Assembly: GCF_964204645.1 (NCBI RefSeq)
Contig: NC_134031.1
Coordinates: forward strand, 4,960,001-5,024,000
Length of the DNA stretch: 64,000 nt
Direction: 5' to 3'
Source of the DNA: Tubulanus polymorphus
Lineage: Eukaryota; Animalia; Nemertea
Below the pieces are notes generated by a model. That model was not told where the DNA came from and searched no databases. It saw only the letters and a program-made list of their open reading frames with translations. Made by a program: the position numbers and the translations under genes. Positions 13,201-36,732 of the stretch are shown here, one piece after another. Each line of letters starts with the position of its first letter. The first letter of the stretch is position 1.

Positions 13201-15038
13201 ACAGTTCATCTATCAGATTCGACAACTAACAACAAAATATTGCATTCTGATATAAATATAACAGTCACTCTGAACTAGCGGATTCTATGTATGTACTGTC
13301 CATCATATTTTTAAACTTAGAATTACTTACTGCTAGACATGAAACAGCAGCGAAAATATACTACTAGACATCGGCAATCGGCATGTCCCTTCAGGTCTCC
13401 CATACTCCTGCTGGAATTCCTGAAGGCACATTTACCTGATAATACGTTAAAAAGAGGAATGCTCTGTGAATATCCAAATCTTCTCTGCCCCCGTTCGCTT
13501 CAGTGACACTTTTATTTTCTCCAGTTGTACGGTCTGAATACCCGGCAATTTTTTTTTCATTTCTGAAGATACCACATCAAGTTTGAATCCTGCAAATGAA
13601 ATAATTTCATTTTCTATAATTCCTTTAATCTTAGACAGCATGACTGGTCAGAAAACCCATTATCGCTGCTTTGCAGCAATATTTATTATAATTTTTCTCT
13701 TTTTCACACTGGATCTTCTTTTTGGCCGAGTAACCTTGGTAATTTTCTCCCGAGACATTTGTTTAGAAAATTGTGAAATAGTGAGCATATTTCATTCCTC
13801 ATTTCAACCAGGAGAGTGCTCAGCATACTAATATTAAGAATGCATCGAAGTTTTCGAAATTATCTGGGGGTACAACTGATGATTAGTGTCATTACAACTA
13901 ACTCGTAAGAAACTGCAAATGATTTTAAAAACTGTGTGCATGACAAGACTGCTGGTATACGCAGTGGTCAACACCCACAAGCAATAATTGCTCGTAGTTA
14001 ACACTAAACTGTAAGCTCGCATATTGTTTGAAACTTTAGAATAATTAGTAGGCCTATTTATAATGAAATCTTTATGAATAATAAATGGTCATAGGGGCTA
14101 AGAATTGACAAGGCAAACAAGATTTCTATTGAAAATTGCCACTTCAAAGTTGTGAACTGGATAAATATAGTAATCGTCATCCGATTTACTTTAAGTTTCA
14201 AAGAAAGATGGTCAGTATCTTTTTTGAAAATTCCATGTTGACGGGTGGCGTAGATTGCGAGTTATAAGCAGTTCGACTGGCCTACAGCCTACTTAGGGAT
14301 CGTAAATTGTAGCCTGAGCAGGGCTAGAAATTTTCTAACAATTCTTTAGTAAATCGTCAGTAATTTCTCGTCAGTAATTGAATTCATTTTATGGACTTTC
14401 GCGTTAGTGCGCATTGGAGCCGGATTATCTGTATTAGTTTGTTCACTACGGAGAGATTTTTGCGCATCATATCGCATTATACACAGCATCAGAGCTGCCA
14501 ACTGTTCCTGACTTCAGTATTTGTTACTATTTTATGAAAGATGTTAGGGTCTAACCGTATTCAGTAATAGATAACGCGCTCCAATGGAGCAGATCATGTT
14601 TTTCACTGCGTACAATCCCAAGACATACATCAACGAGACCTACTACAGTTGATTCGTCAAAAAGTAAAGCAAAAACGTATATTCGCATGATCGCTGGTTA
14701 AGCTTGAATGGCTTTTGGTTAAAAAGAAATATCCTATCTTGAAAGCTTTAAAAGCCATTGTCAGCTCTCAGCAAGTTTGTACCATAATCTTGTCCTATGT
14801 ACTTAATTCTCGGCCCATGAATCGTAATTTTGAACTTCTGGGTAAAAACATGTATGACATTGCTACAGGTGTTTCGCTAGTTGATGATCGATATAAATTT
14901 TGATGATGTAAAAAAATATTTCTACCGGGGATAATGAGGATCATATTTAACGAGAGATCTCCCCGATTTTAATGAGGAGTAATATTCATAACTACTGCAG
15001 CAGTTTACAGACGTCATTCGCAGTAATTGATACTAGAG

Positions 15039-16118
15039 ATGAACGTGACTTTCAGTTTGAATTCTGCTGCAGTAGCTACGACTACGGTTAAAGGATTCAG
15101 ACCGCATTGGAGATGCGAATTCATCCATCATTCTGACTACAAATCGTTTAACTTGAACATGTTTTACCAGGTTAAGAACTGGGTCGTCGCTAGCGTCGCT
15201 GTGTTCGGCGTTATCGGAAACGTTTTGTCGTTCGTGATTCTGCACAAAGAAATCTCGAAAAATACGAGTATTTTCTATCTGAAATATCTGGCTATTCTCG
15301 ACGTGTGTATGTGTGCGTCTTATCTTGTATTTGATTTCCAGAGTGAATTGTACAGTCACACGTTATTACTCGACCATACTTTACAATTCAACCACTTTAT
15401 GAAAAGACTCTACCCGTACACGCAACAAATTAGGTTCTGTTTTTCAAGTTTGGCCGATTTGTTAATTCTTGTCATCGCTGTGGACAGATTGATTGTAGTT
15501 CGGTGGCCTCTAAAAGCCAGCACACTGATTTCAATGAAACGAGCTCGCATCAATGTAGTAGCTATAACCTCATTAGTTGCAGTGACATCCGTGCACTTGT
15601 TTTTTCGTAGATGGACTAGCAGGACTATCAATCCGTGCACCGGACACGAAAGATGGAGCATTAGGTTAACAACTCTATTCAAACACCCTTACTATCGTTA
15701 TTACATGTTATTCGTTCATGCAACAGTTTTTCATATGATTCCATCCGTGACCATTTTCATAATAACCATGATAATAATTGTGATTCTGAAATCTTCAAGT
15801 AACGACAGAAAACACATGACGTCATCAACAGTCCCTTCTAAGAATAAACAAGATCGAAGTTTGACGATTTCTTTAGTTATTATTTGCTGTATACATTTGT
15901 TAAAGCGCTCTCTACTTTTGTCCGGTACGATTAACAACTTCATAGTGTTTATATACGGCAAGAACGTTCTGCTGTTACCCAATACAGGGCCTTATTTGGA
16001 CGGCGTAAAAGACTTGATGAGGAAAATTTCAGCATCCGCGAATTTCTTTATTTATGTCGCAATGAGAAAAAGTTTTCGTCACCGACTTCGCGAAATGTTT
16101 TGTCATCAGAAGAAATGA
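15039..16118 (+). CDS. Intronless FMRFamide-receptor-like GPCR, tandem copy 4
   Basis: ATG at 15039 (MNVTF) aligns with the paralogs; DRL and NFFIY motifs; intact ORF. Confidence 0.92.
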   Translation: MNVTFSLNSAAVATTTVKGFRPHWRCEFIHHSDYKSFNLNMFYQVKNWVVASVAVFGVIGNVLSFVILHKEISKNTSIFYLKYLAILDVCMCASYLVFDFQSELYSHTLLLDHTLQFNHFMKRLYPYTQQIRFCFSSLADLLILVIAVDRLIVVRWPLKASTLISMKRARINVVAITSLVAVTSVHLFFRRWTSRTINPCTGHERWSIRLTTLFKHPYYRYYMLFVHATVFHMIPSVTIFIITMIIIVILKSSSNDRKHMTSSTVPSKNKQDRSLTISLVIICCIHLLKRSLLLSGTINNFIVFIYGKNVLLLPNTGPYLDGVKDLMRKISASANFFIYVAMRKSFRHRLREMFCHQKK

Positions 16119-17676
16119 CAGCAATTAGCGGAAATACTGAAACTGCTTCATTACTTTAAGAGTTACTGGGGGGTGGCGTGCTGGAATAGCAACCCTGAAA
16201 CTCAGTGACCAGCTGGGGGAGCCAATTGAGTCGGAGAAAGGTCAATTTTTAAAAAAAAGCTCAAATTAGTTGGATTTAATGGGAACAACGGTTTTGCACG
16301 AAGATTGTCAATCGCTCCATTCATTCTCATCAGAAAGATGAGTCTGCTTGACGTGGCAGGAAAATCGACAGTGTTTAAAAGTCAGTAGTAGCTGGTAATG
16401 CAGATGTGACCTGCATCACTATTCAAGAGTAGTTACTATTCTTTTAAGAGCTCGGTTACGACCAATGTTATCAACATGCTCACGAAGTCAGGGTAATTTC
16501 TAGTTAATTTTCAATTCAGCTACGATTTTCGATGTCTCATTGAGGTGAAAACTAAACACAAATTTGCGTGGTTGCATAACTATTTGCGCAGTGAATTGCA
16601 GAGGAAACGTGAAGCCTTAATGGCCATTTAGAAAAAACTATAGCAATATATATATACACAAACATTTTCATTTTAAAGCTTCATTCAAACTACGTTATTC
16701 TCAATGGTCTAAATTTGATCTGTTGGTACTCGTTAAAGTCCATTCTAAATTTGCCTGTTCCATTTTAGACTGTACTCATTTGCATGAACCTGAAAGATCC
16801 ATCCGTCCGTTGTACATTTCCACTTCCACTTCCATGTGTGTGTCCGGTTCAAATGCGTGTGCCTGGTTCACGGCAGGCACACATTGACGATTGTTCTAGG
16901 CCAAGCCAAAAATGCTTTTGTGACCAAGACTTGTAATATTTGTCTTTAGAACTGTAAGATATTTTTTTGCAGTTTGTAGCCAGATAAAGCAAGGCGTGTA
17001 TGCAATAATAGGTCCGGCGTATTCCGTTAATCTGAAGGCTGTTCATCCATTGAACTTTGGGTTTCATATACCGATAATTGCACCTTCAGCTTCCGATCCG
17101 CATCTGGCTATTTTCAATGAAATATATCGGTAAGCACAACAATCAACAATGGCTTCTAAATTCATGTACTTATTCTGCTCAAACGCCTGCAGTTAGTCAA
17201 AAAATGTTCGATGTTAAGGTCAATTAAAATGAAATTGATCAGGTTGATTTTAAGTTTTGACGAACTGGACCCATTTCATTTTATTCTAAATCGATATTTA
17301 AAATCCTATTTCTACATTAAAATCGATTGTAAACTAATTCCTATGCAGACATATAAAGTTCCTCTTTTATTCTGTGGAGCTCAGAATTTATACATGGTAA
17401 CCCTGTGTTGAAATTTTAGCAATTCTAAAAGTTTCATTGATTTAATCGGTTGAGATTGTGATCAGTAACTCACATGTAAAAAAAATGTGTAAAATCTGGA
17501 AAATTATATTAAAAAATGTGAAGAGCCAATTTTTAGGATGTGAAAAATTCCTGGGTTCATCAATCAGACCTAGTATTCGTGCCTGTATTCGGAACGAGTA
17601 TTAGTGTGTTGATTCCCTACTAGTCGTCCACATTGCTACCTTAAATTTAATTCACTTATTTTGATCGTTGATTCAG

Positions 17677-29592
<11,916 letters not shown>

Positions 29593-29778
29593 AATCATCG
29601 GCGTTCGACGTCAGTTTTCACGATCACTTCGTGATGGTGATCACTTTCGGATGTAAGTCTTCGATAGAATGGTTTCCATCGTAGTGACAGCCATAATTAT
29701 CAAGATTACGAGTTCCCTGAGAACGAGGAACAGAGCCTAAATGATAGACATGTATGGACCTGGAGTGGAGTAGTATAG

Positions 29779-30036
29779 CAAGGGCGGATCTAGGGTCTGA
29801 TTCAGGGAGGGATACAGCCCCTTAGTAGGGCATATCCTCAAATCAAAAGGACACCCCCAAAAGCTCATCGGAAAACATTAACTAATTTTTTGGAAAATGT
29901 AGAGAAAGTCATGAATTAAAACTTTTTTAGGTAGGCCTATAAATGTAATACCGTATTTTTCATTATTGCGTAAAATTTCAGGGCAACTTGACATTTTTAG
30001 GAGGGGATTCACACCCTCCCCTTGGATCCGCCCCTG
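29779..30036. mobile_element. hAT-like MITE with 6 bp target-site duplication
   Basis: caagggcggatctagg ... cttggatccgcccctg; gtatag on both flanks. Confidence 0.7.
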
Positions 30037-30503
30037 GTATAGGATGATTACAGGTACTGCAATATATGAATTATGTAACATCTGACTCTGATATCGTTCT
30101 TTTCATCATCCAAAAAGATTCAAGTTTGAGTCGGCTGAAAAGTCATTAGTATTTAACAGGGTATCTAGAAGTGTCAAGGCTAGATGATATAAATGGAAAT
30201 ATTGCTCAAGTCATTGTCACCTGTACATATGTGCATGAATGCAAATACTATTTTTTCAACTTGTTCATTCTCATTAACGACTTGAAATGATTTTCATTGT
30301 TTGTCATAATGCAATTGTATTATATATTATTTATTATGTTTTGATGAATATAGTTTTTAATGAAATGAGATCTGTTACCATTCATTACATTTTACCCGAC
30401 CTCTCACCATGGACGTGTAATATGTCAAAGTCGAAACTTGGTGAAGCGCACAGCCACACTATCAGCCCATTGCTGAATTTGAATCTGGCCAGATTTCATT
30501 TTC

Positions 30504-30513
30504 AATAAATAAA
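30504..30513 (+). terminator. Candidate polyadenylation signal of the iGluR gene
   Basis: Overlapping AATAAATAAA about 0.9 kb after the stop, at the end of an AT-rich UTR-like stretch. Confidence 0.4.
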
Positions 30514-30834
30514 TAGTGGCGGGCGGCTCTCTTTCAACTCCATGATATAGAATTCTACATTGTAAAAAAACGTAGGTTTTGTCTAAGAAGGCACCGGGCA
30601 CCTGTGTTCGGCGTGGCCAAAGAAAATCAACAGAAATATCGAAGGTGAGCGAAGGTCGTCCGTGATCTTCACCCAGTCCAGTTGTCACCCAGTGGTTGTC
30701 TCCACAGTGATCTAGCTCTACGATCCTAGTGTACCCACCCACCCAGACACGTTTATTCCAGGGCCGTTCCCCACTTTTTTGCTTAACAAAATTTTTTTCA
30801 AAAGCACGCTGTATAATAATCTAGTTTATACGTC

Positions 30835-31164
30835 CAGTGGCAGATCTAGGATTCCATGGAGAGGGGCGCACAAATCCAAATAGGGGGTGTGGAAAATTTT
30901 TTTAAATTAGACGCGTGGAGACGTGTTCTGGGCACGATCAGAGTACGATTTAACTCGCAATTTGAATAGTGATTCTCACAACTTTCATGAACGATGTAGG
31001 ACTGCCGTAAAAAAGTGCTGGTAATTGTAAACGACGACATAAGTTTACGCATTTTCAGGGATTTTTCACATGCTTGTCTTCGTTCTCACGGAAAGGTCAG
31101 TCCTTCCTTAGAAAATGAGCGAGGACTTTAGGAGGCGGTGCACGTACCCCTGGATCCGCCACTG
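30835..31164. mobile_element. hAT-like MITE with 5 bp target-site duplication
   Basis: cagtggcagatctagg ... cctggatccgccactg; acgtc on both flanks. Confidence 0.7.
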
Positions 31165-31535
31165 ACGTCCATGCTCTCACTAATGTTGGCAGTTTGTAGT
31201 TCTGGTGCAACCGTGTTTTAGGGAATTCCTAATTAAAGGTGGTGTCGTAACCTTAGATATACTGACATCAAGTAGCGCTTAAGAGGGGGCTTAAAATGCA
31301 GTCTCACAAATTAAAGTAAGGCCAACTCTATGCCGTTATCATTTTTGTTGTAATAAAACAAATATCTGATCCTGTGACATTTGCTGAATCCATTGTAATT
31401 TTCGTACTGAATATAGCTTAAGTAGACTCCTCCTTTGTTGCATGCTTTCAAGCTGAATTGTCACTTCTTCCCTGGATCACAAATCCTAGCAGAACCATTG
31501 CCGAGCAAATTAAATTCGACATATATATTGATATA

Positions 31536-31729
31536 CAGTCAGCCTCCGATATACCGCCCACATCGGTGAAGAACGATTTTGGCGGTATAGAGAGTATGGC
31601 TGTTTATCGGGGGTGTTTTACTATGTATTTGTAAGAAATGTACATTGAGGAAACCTGGCGGCGGTAAATGGGAGGGTGGTAGACAAGGGTTTGTGGTATA
31701 TGGGAGGGTGGTATATCGGGGGTTGACTG
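31536..31729. mobile_element. Tc1/mariner (pogo/Tigger-like) MITE
   Basis: TA|cagtcagcctccgatataccgccc ... gggtggtatatcgggggttgactg. Related ends occur near 24961, 41122 and 41853. Confidence 0.7.
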
Positions 31730-31820
31730 CACTCGAAATTGAACAAGAAAATCCTAAAACACCTATGAGCGGCTGAAGTGAACTAGACGAAGACCAAGTA
31801 TTTTTGGGACTAGTATTTGT

Positions 31821-31830
31821 TTTATTTATT
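31821..31830 (-). terminator. Candidate distal polyadenylation signal of vigilin
   Basis: The minus strand reads AATAAATAAA at the end of a long, largely transposon-free tract continuous with the vigilin stop codon. Confidence 0.5.
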
Positions 31831-32143
31831 GGGCATCAGTTTTACAGAAGTGTGCATGTAATATAAGTACAGGCGGACATACACACTTTCGTAATATTAT
31901 TAACAATGATCGGGGATCGAAACTTTGTTGTCCGTGCGCGTGTACTTCACGTTTTATTTCTAAATTGCCGGTTTCCATTCATATTATATATTACTTCAAA
32001 ACCCGAGTGAGCGCAGAAAAAATCAGCTCATCGGTTACAAATTATATTATCATTATCATCATCATTATTATTATTATAATTATGATAATAATAACCATTC
32101 ACATGCATTCATCTCATAATAGACGGGTCAGAAAAAGAAGTGT

Positions 32144-32175
<32 letters not shown>

Positions 32176-35100
32176 CATATTGATAATGATTCGTATATTT
32201 CGTAATAGACCACCGACCCGGAGAAAAAAATCGTTTTTGAAATTTTTTTGTTTTAAATCCTTCACCTCCGATTCATTCAGAATTATTTAAGTTTTCTATA
32301 TATACTTCTCTCTCGCACTCTCTCTACATATATATATATACACGGTACATCGAGATGTACGATGATGAACGGGTATCAGTTTCATTTCATCAATTTACAC
32401 GCGGTCAATGAACAGTTCTCATTATCAGCTAGCTATATTGGAATGGCGACGGGGAAAAAGACCCCACAACCCCGTGCAGGATGAGAGAAAAACAAAAAAA
32501 TAAGTGAATGAAAGATATAATACGTATTTATATCAATATATATTATATATCATCCTATGGAGCCAGTTCCACAGCGTTTAGACTATTTACAGTCCAAATA
32601 AGTACGTTTTGTTAACTGTTTATTTTAACTCTTTTATAGCGTCACATTTAAAGCAACAACTGCGGAACTAATAACACTCGACGTCGTCAATTTGGCAACG
32701 ACAAAATGCGTCTGTCTACCTTATACAATCGCAAACCATCGCGGTATCGGAGATAAACTAACGGATCTGAAAAGAATTCATTCCGGTTTAGGTGAAATTT
32801 GATCGATACGGAATCGTATTCCCGTTTGACCAGACTCGCGCGAGAAAGTTTAACTCTGAAATAGAGATTTAATTTCTTCATTAAAACAGCCTGGTTTTAG
32901 AGTCGAACGTTCTTACGGAAACGGTAACCTTGATCGAGACGAGAAATTAGCTAATGAAGCATACTTTAATGGCTTAGAATCATAATTTCACGTCCGCGTT
33001 ACCGCGATGACCGTCGCTGCACTCGATTAATCTTTATTATTATTCTTTTTCGATTTTTTTTCGACGCATTTGTCCTAGAAACAACCGCCAACACACCGCC
33101 CCAAATACTTCCGATTCACGACGACATCGCAACGTGACATTCGCGAAGTCGAAGAAGGAATACAACTTATTTCTAATTACTGATAAAGCAAAATATATAT
33201 ATCTATATCTATATATATATAATATCTATATATTATATGTGATATATAAACTATAAATGGCGGCACACTCGAAATTGTTAACGAAGATACCGACATCTGG
33301 CGAAAGCAATTGAGCGACCTTAAAAAAAAAAACAAATTATGAGTTGTGCTAATGCAGGTATCAATCAGCAGTGTTCCTAATTCTGATCATCCAAGCTTCA
33401 GCAGTTTTAACGATCGCAACCTCGGGCATTTTAGATTGAAAACGACATAAACCGTAATTTTTACCGCGAGATTTTCGTAAAGCAATCGTCCGAACTGAAG
33501 CGACCGATATCGGAAGCTGCTGCTGATCGAGACCTGCATATAGGTCTAACATTGGGCGGCTAACAAGCAAAACATACGCGAAATTTGTGGAAACTATTTC
33601 GTGATATCGCCATAAAATTATCATTATATTACTAACAAACAACGGGTTGAATTTATACTAGTGACGCACCGCTCAGCAGTATGGCACAAGACGTGCCTTC
33701 GACAAACGTTAACCGGAAAAATCTATTCAATCAGAGACTCAAAAAAAGAAACAAAACAATGAACGCGAAAATGTGGTAGATGGCCTTTATAAGCTAACTA
33801 CGAGTACCGGCTAAACGCCTAAGAACAACTACAAACACTGCTGTGCTTCAAAAAAAAGAGAAGAAAAGAAATAAACTGGCAGTTTATGATACTTTTTATC
33901 GTCGAGCAAAATATTGGAACGGATGTACAGTTTAAAGCACCTCGTATACGTAAATAACGCGATCTGCTTAAAGCACTGGGATTATCAGTTTTCGAACTGA
34001 CAAGACGCCCTGTCGCCGCATCCGCGACGTTCAACTAGTTTATCATCGTGCGTTAAAAAGGAAGAAAGAATGAAATCATAATCAGTTCAGGACATAACCG
34101 CGTATTCATACAGGTTTAAAAATTCATTTCCATTTATATTATGTACAAAAAATGCGTGGGTGCGCGCGCCTGTGTGTGTGTGCACATGTACATACATTCG
34201 GTGTGCGTATAAATATCTCTCGATAGAAAATTGTAAGTAGTTCTCGTTTATGTTTATTTGATGATTTAAATTCGTTAAAAATAAATTCGAATTTCGAACG
34301 AACACACGAAATATCACGTCGATTATGATAATAATAATAATGTTACATCGAAAAAACTTGATTATCGCGCTAGTGAGTTATGAAGTCCATTTTTCAAATT
34401 CGCAAATTCTTCGCAAACGACGCGTGTAGTTTTAGAACTAACCGAAGTGCGGGTGACCCAAAAGCTAAGTAGATAGAAAGAATTAACTTCGTTCAATATT
34501 TCTTCATTTTCCTTTTTTTTGTACAAGTGGAAAATGCATCGTTGTTGCGTCATTTTACTTTGAAAGCCATCACCTTCAAAAAACTATATACAATACAAGG
34601 AGTTACCCGCTACTATAGCTAACGAATATCCCCCAGGTGTCGCTAGTAGTTTGCCGGTCTTCTGAGCAGCAAAACTCTACATTTCATATTTGAGCGTCAA
34701 AAAAACCAGTTCGAGATAAAATTGGTACCGCAAAACCGGGCACTAGAAGCGCCACCTGGTGAGATTGACGGGAATCCCATTCATGCTACGCCTTTGCCTC
34801 TCTCTATTTTTGAATATTCTAAGTCTTAAATCATCAGAAAGAACGCAATGGACTGAAAAGCTAACCAATCATATTTGCACCCCCCCCCCCCCGCCCGACT
34901 AAATATGCATGCATACTCTATATATTAATGTGTGTGTGTTTGAATATCATTGGTACGTATCGTAGATTTAACGCCTTTCTCTTTATTTTTCGTTTTTATT
35001 TTCGTCTTTTTTTTTGTGTAAATTTTCTTATTTAAAACACGCGCCGTGGTTATATATACGTACGTATACATATATACGCTTTGGCACTCGATGCATAGAA

Positions 35101-36732
35101 AATAATACCAGCAATATCGTCGTTATTTCATCATTAACGCGAAGCCCGTTCAATCCGGATTGTTTAGCGCGCGATCGAAACCTTATATCGTAGTACGTAT
35201 GTTCGCGCATAAGCGGACTGTTCCTTATAGTCAGATCAAATCCGGATTGACTTATTTAGAGTAGTGTGGTTTTTGTGACGCCATCTTGAAGAATAACGCC
35301 TCCCCCACCCCCCCGATTTATCGTTTATTTTTTAAAACATTCAATCGAATGACTATATAACGTTTAGTGAAACGCGCATGATTACGATTACGCGACCAAT
35401 CAACGAGCACGCGAGAAAAAATTTGTCAGTTTCGGATATGTTTTAAGTACCGGCAACCGAACACTGATTTCGACGTCGAAATTGTCGCGACCCATTTCCG
35501 CAATTTCTAATCTATTCCCCGCTGATTTTTCTGACTTGAAATCCGACTACATAGTTCAACGTTGTTACTCCGCGATGTAAGGGGGTTAAATTCAAAAACG
35601 TGGAAATAGACCGAGCGTCGAGAACGGAAATAGCGATAAACAACGCGAAAAACAATGATGAATGAGTATGGGACGATCGGTGTAATGTGTAGGTATTGCA
35701 CAATATTGGCCATCCAGTCGTTTTTTTTTTCTTTCTAAATCAACCCGTCGAAAAAATGCGGATAAAAACGAAATCGGTCGCCTCCTCTGTGGTGGCGGAA
35801 ACAATCGTCTAAATTTCTCACCGAATCAACTCTCTAATAATAATATCTATATATCTATGTACAAGAAGCTTTCTTTTCACTTCCGAACGTTTGAGCACTA
35901 TTCTGTTTTTCAGACACACGAAAAAAAAAAAAAACCAAAAAAAACAACCTCTAACGAACTAACGAAAGCGCACTACCCTAACTATCGAAGAGAACGAAGA
36001 GAAGGGACGAGAATAAAACGCAAGGACAGACGCGAAGAAAACCCGAACACCAGCGGCGGAAACTGGCAATTTACGAACGAATGGTTGATGTTAAAAATAC
36101 CGACTGTACTGACATACAGCCATAAAGACAGAACAGTCGAAACCGTCATCGTTAATCAAACCACAGCAAAAAAACATAGCACTAATTATCATCATCATCA
36201 TCATCATTAATCATAACTAATCGACTAATTAATTTCATCATTTACGACTTATCAGCAGATTAATCTTTCTATCCTTTTTCGTGTTTTTTTTTTCCTTTTT
36301 CGTAAAAATCCGCGCGCGCACGAGCGAGAAGAGTAATAACAAACTGAATGATTATGTTACGTAACGATCTACGACGTTTTGAACACGTCGCTATTATGGC
36401 GACAACAGCGGACATGTCGGCGCATAGACATCAATGGCACATGGCGAACTGATTTTTTTTTGGTGATGTCATCTGGCCGGAAAAAAAAACAACTAACATT
36501 TCTTTACATAGTTTCTAGTTTTGGTGTTTTAAGCTTTAATTCGTTTCGAATTACGGTCGACTTGCTAAATTAATTAATTCGTTCATTCATTCATTCAGCT
36601 CTACACGATGTAGATCGATTTTAAACCAGGCATTCGACGATTATCAACAAATTCGTAGAGTGCGTGGATATGTTTACAAAATACGGATTCCTCTCTCTCT
36701 CGGCCACACCCCTTTCTCTCTCTCGGCGCTGT

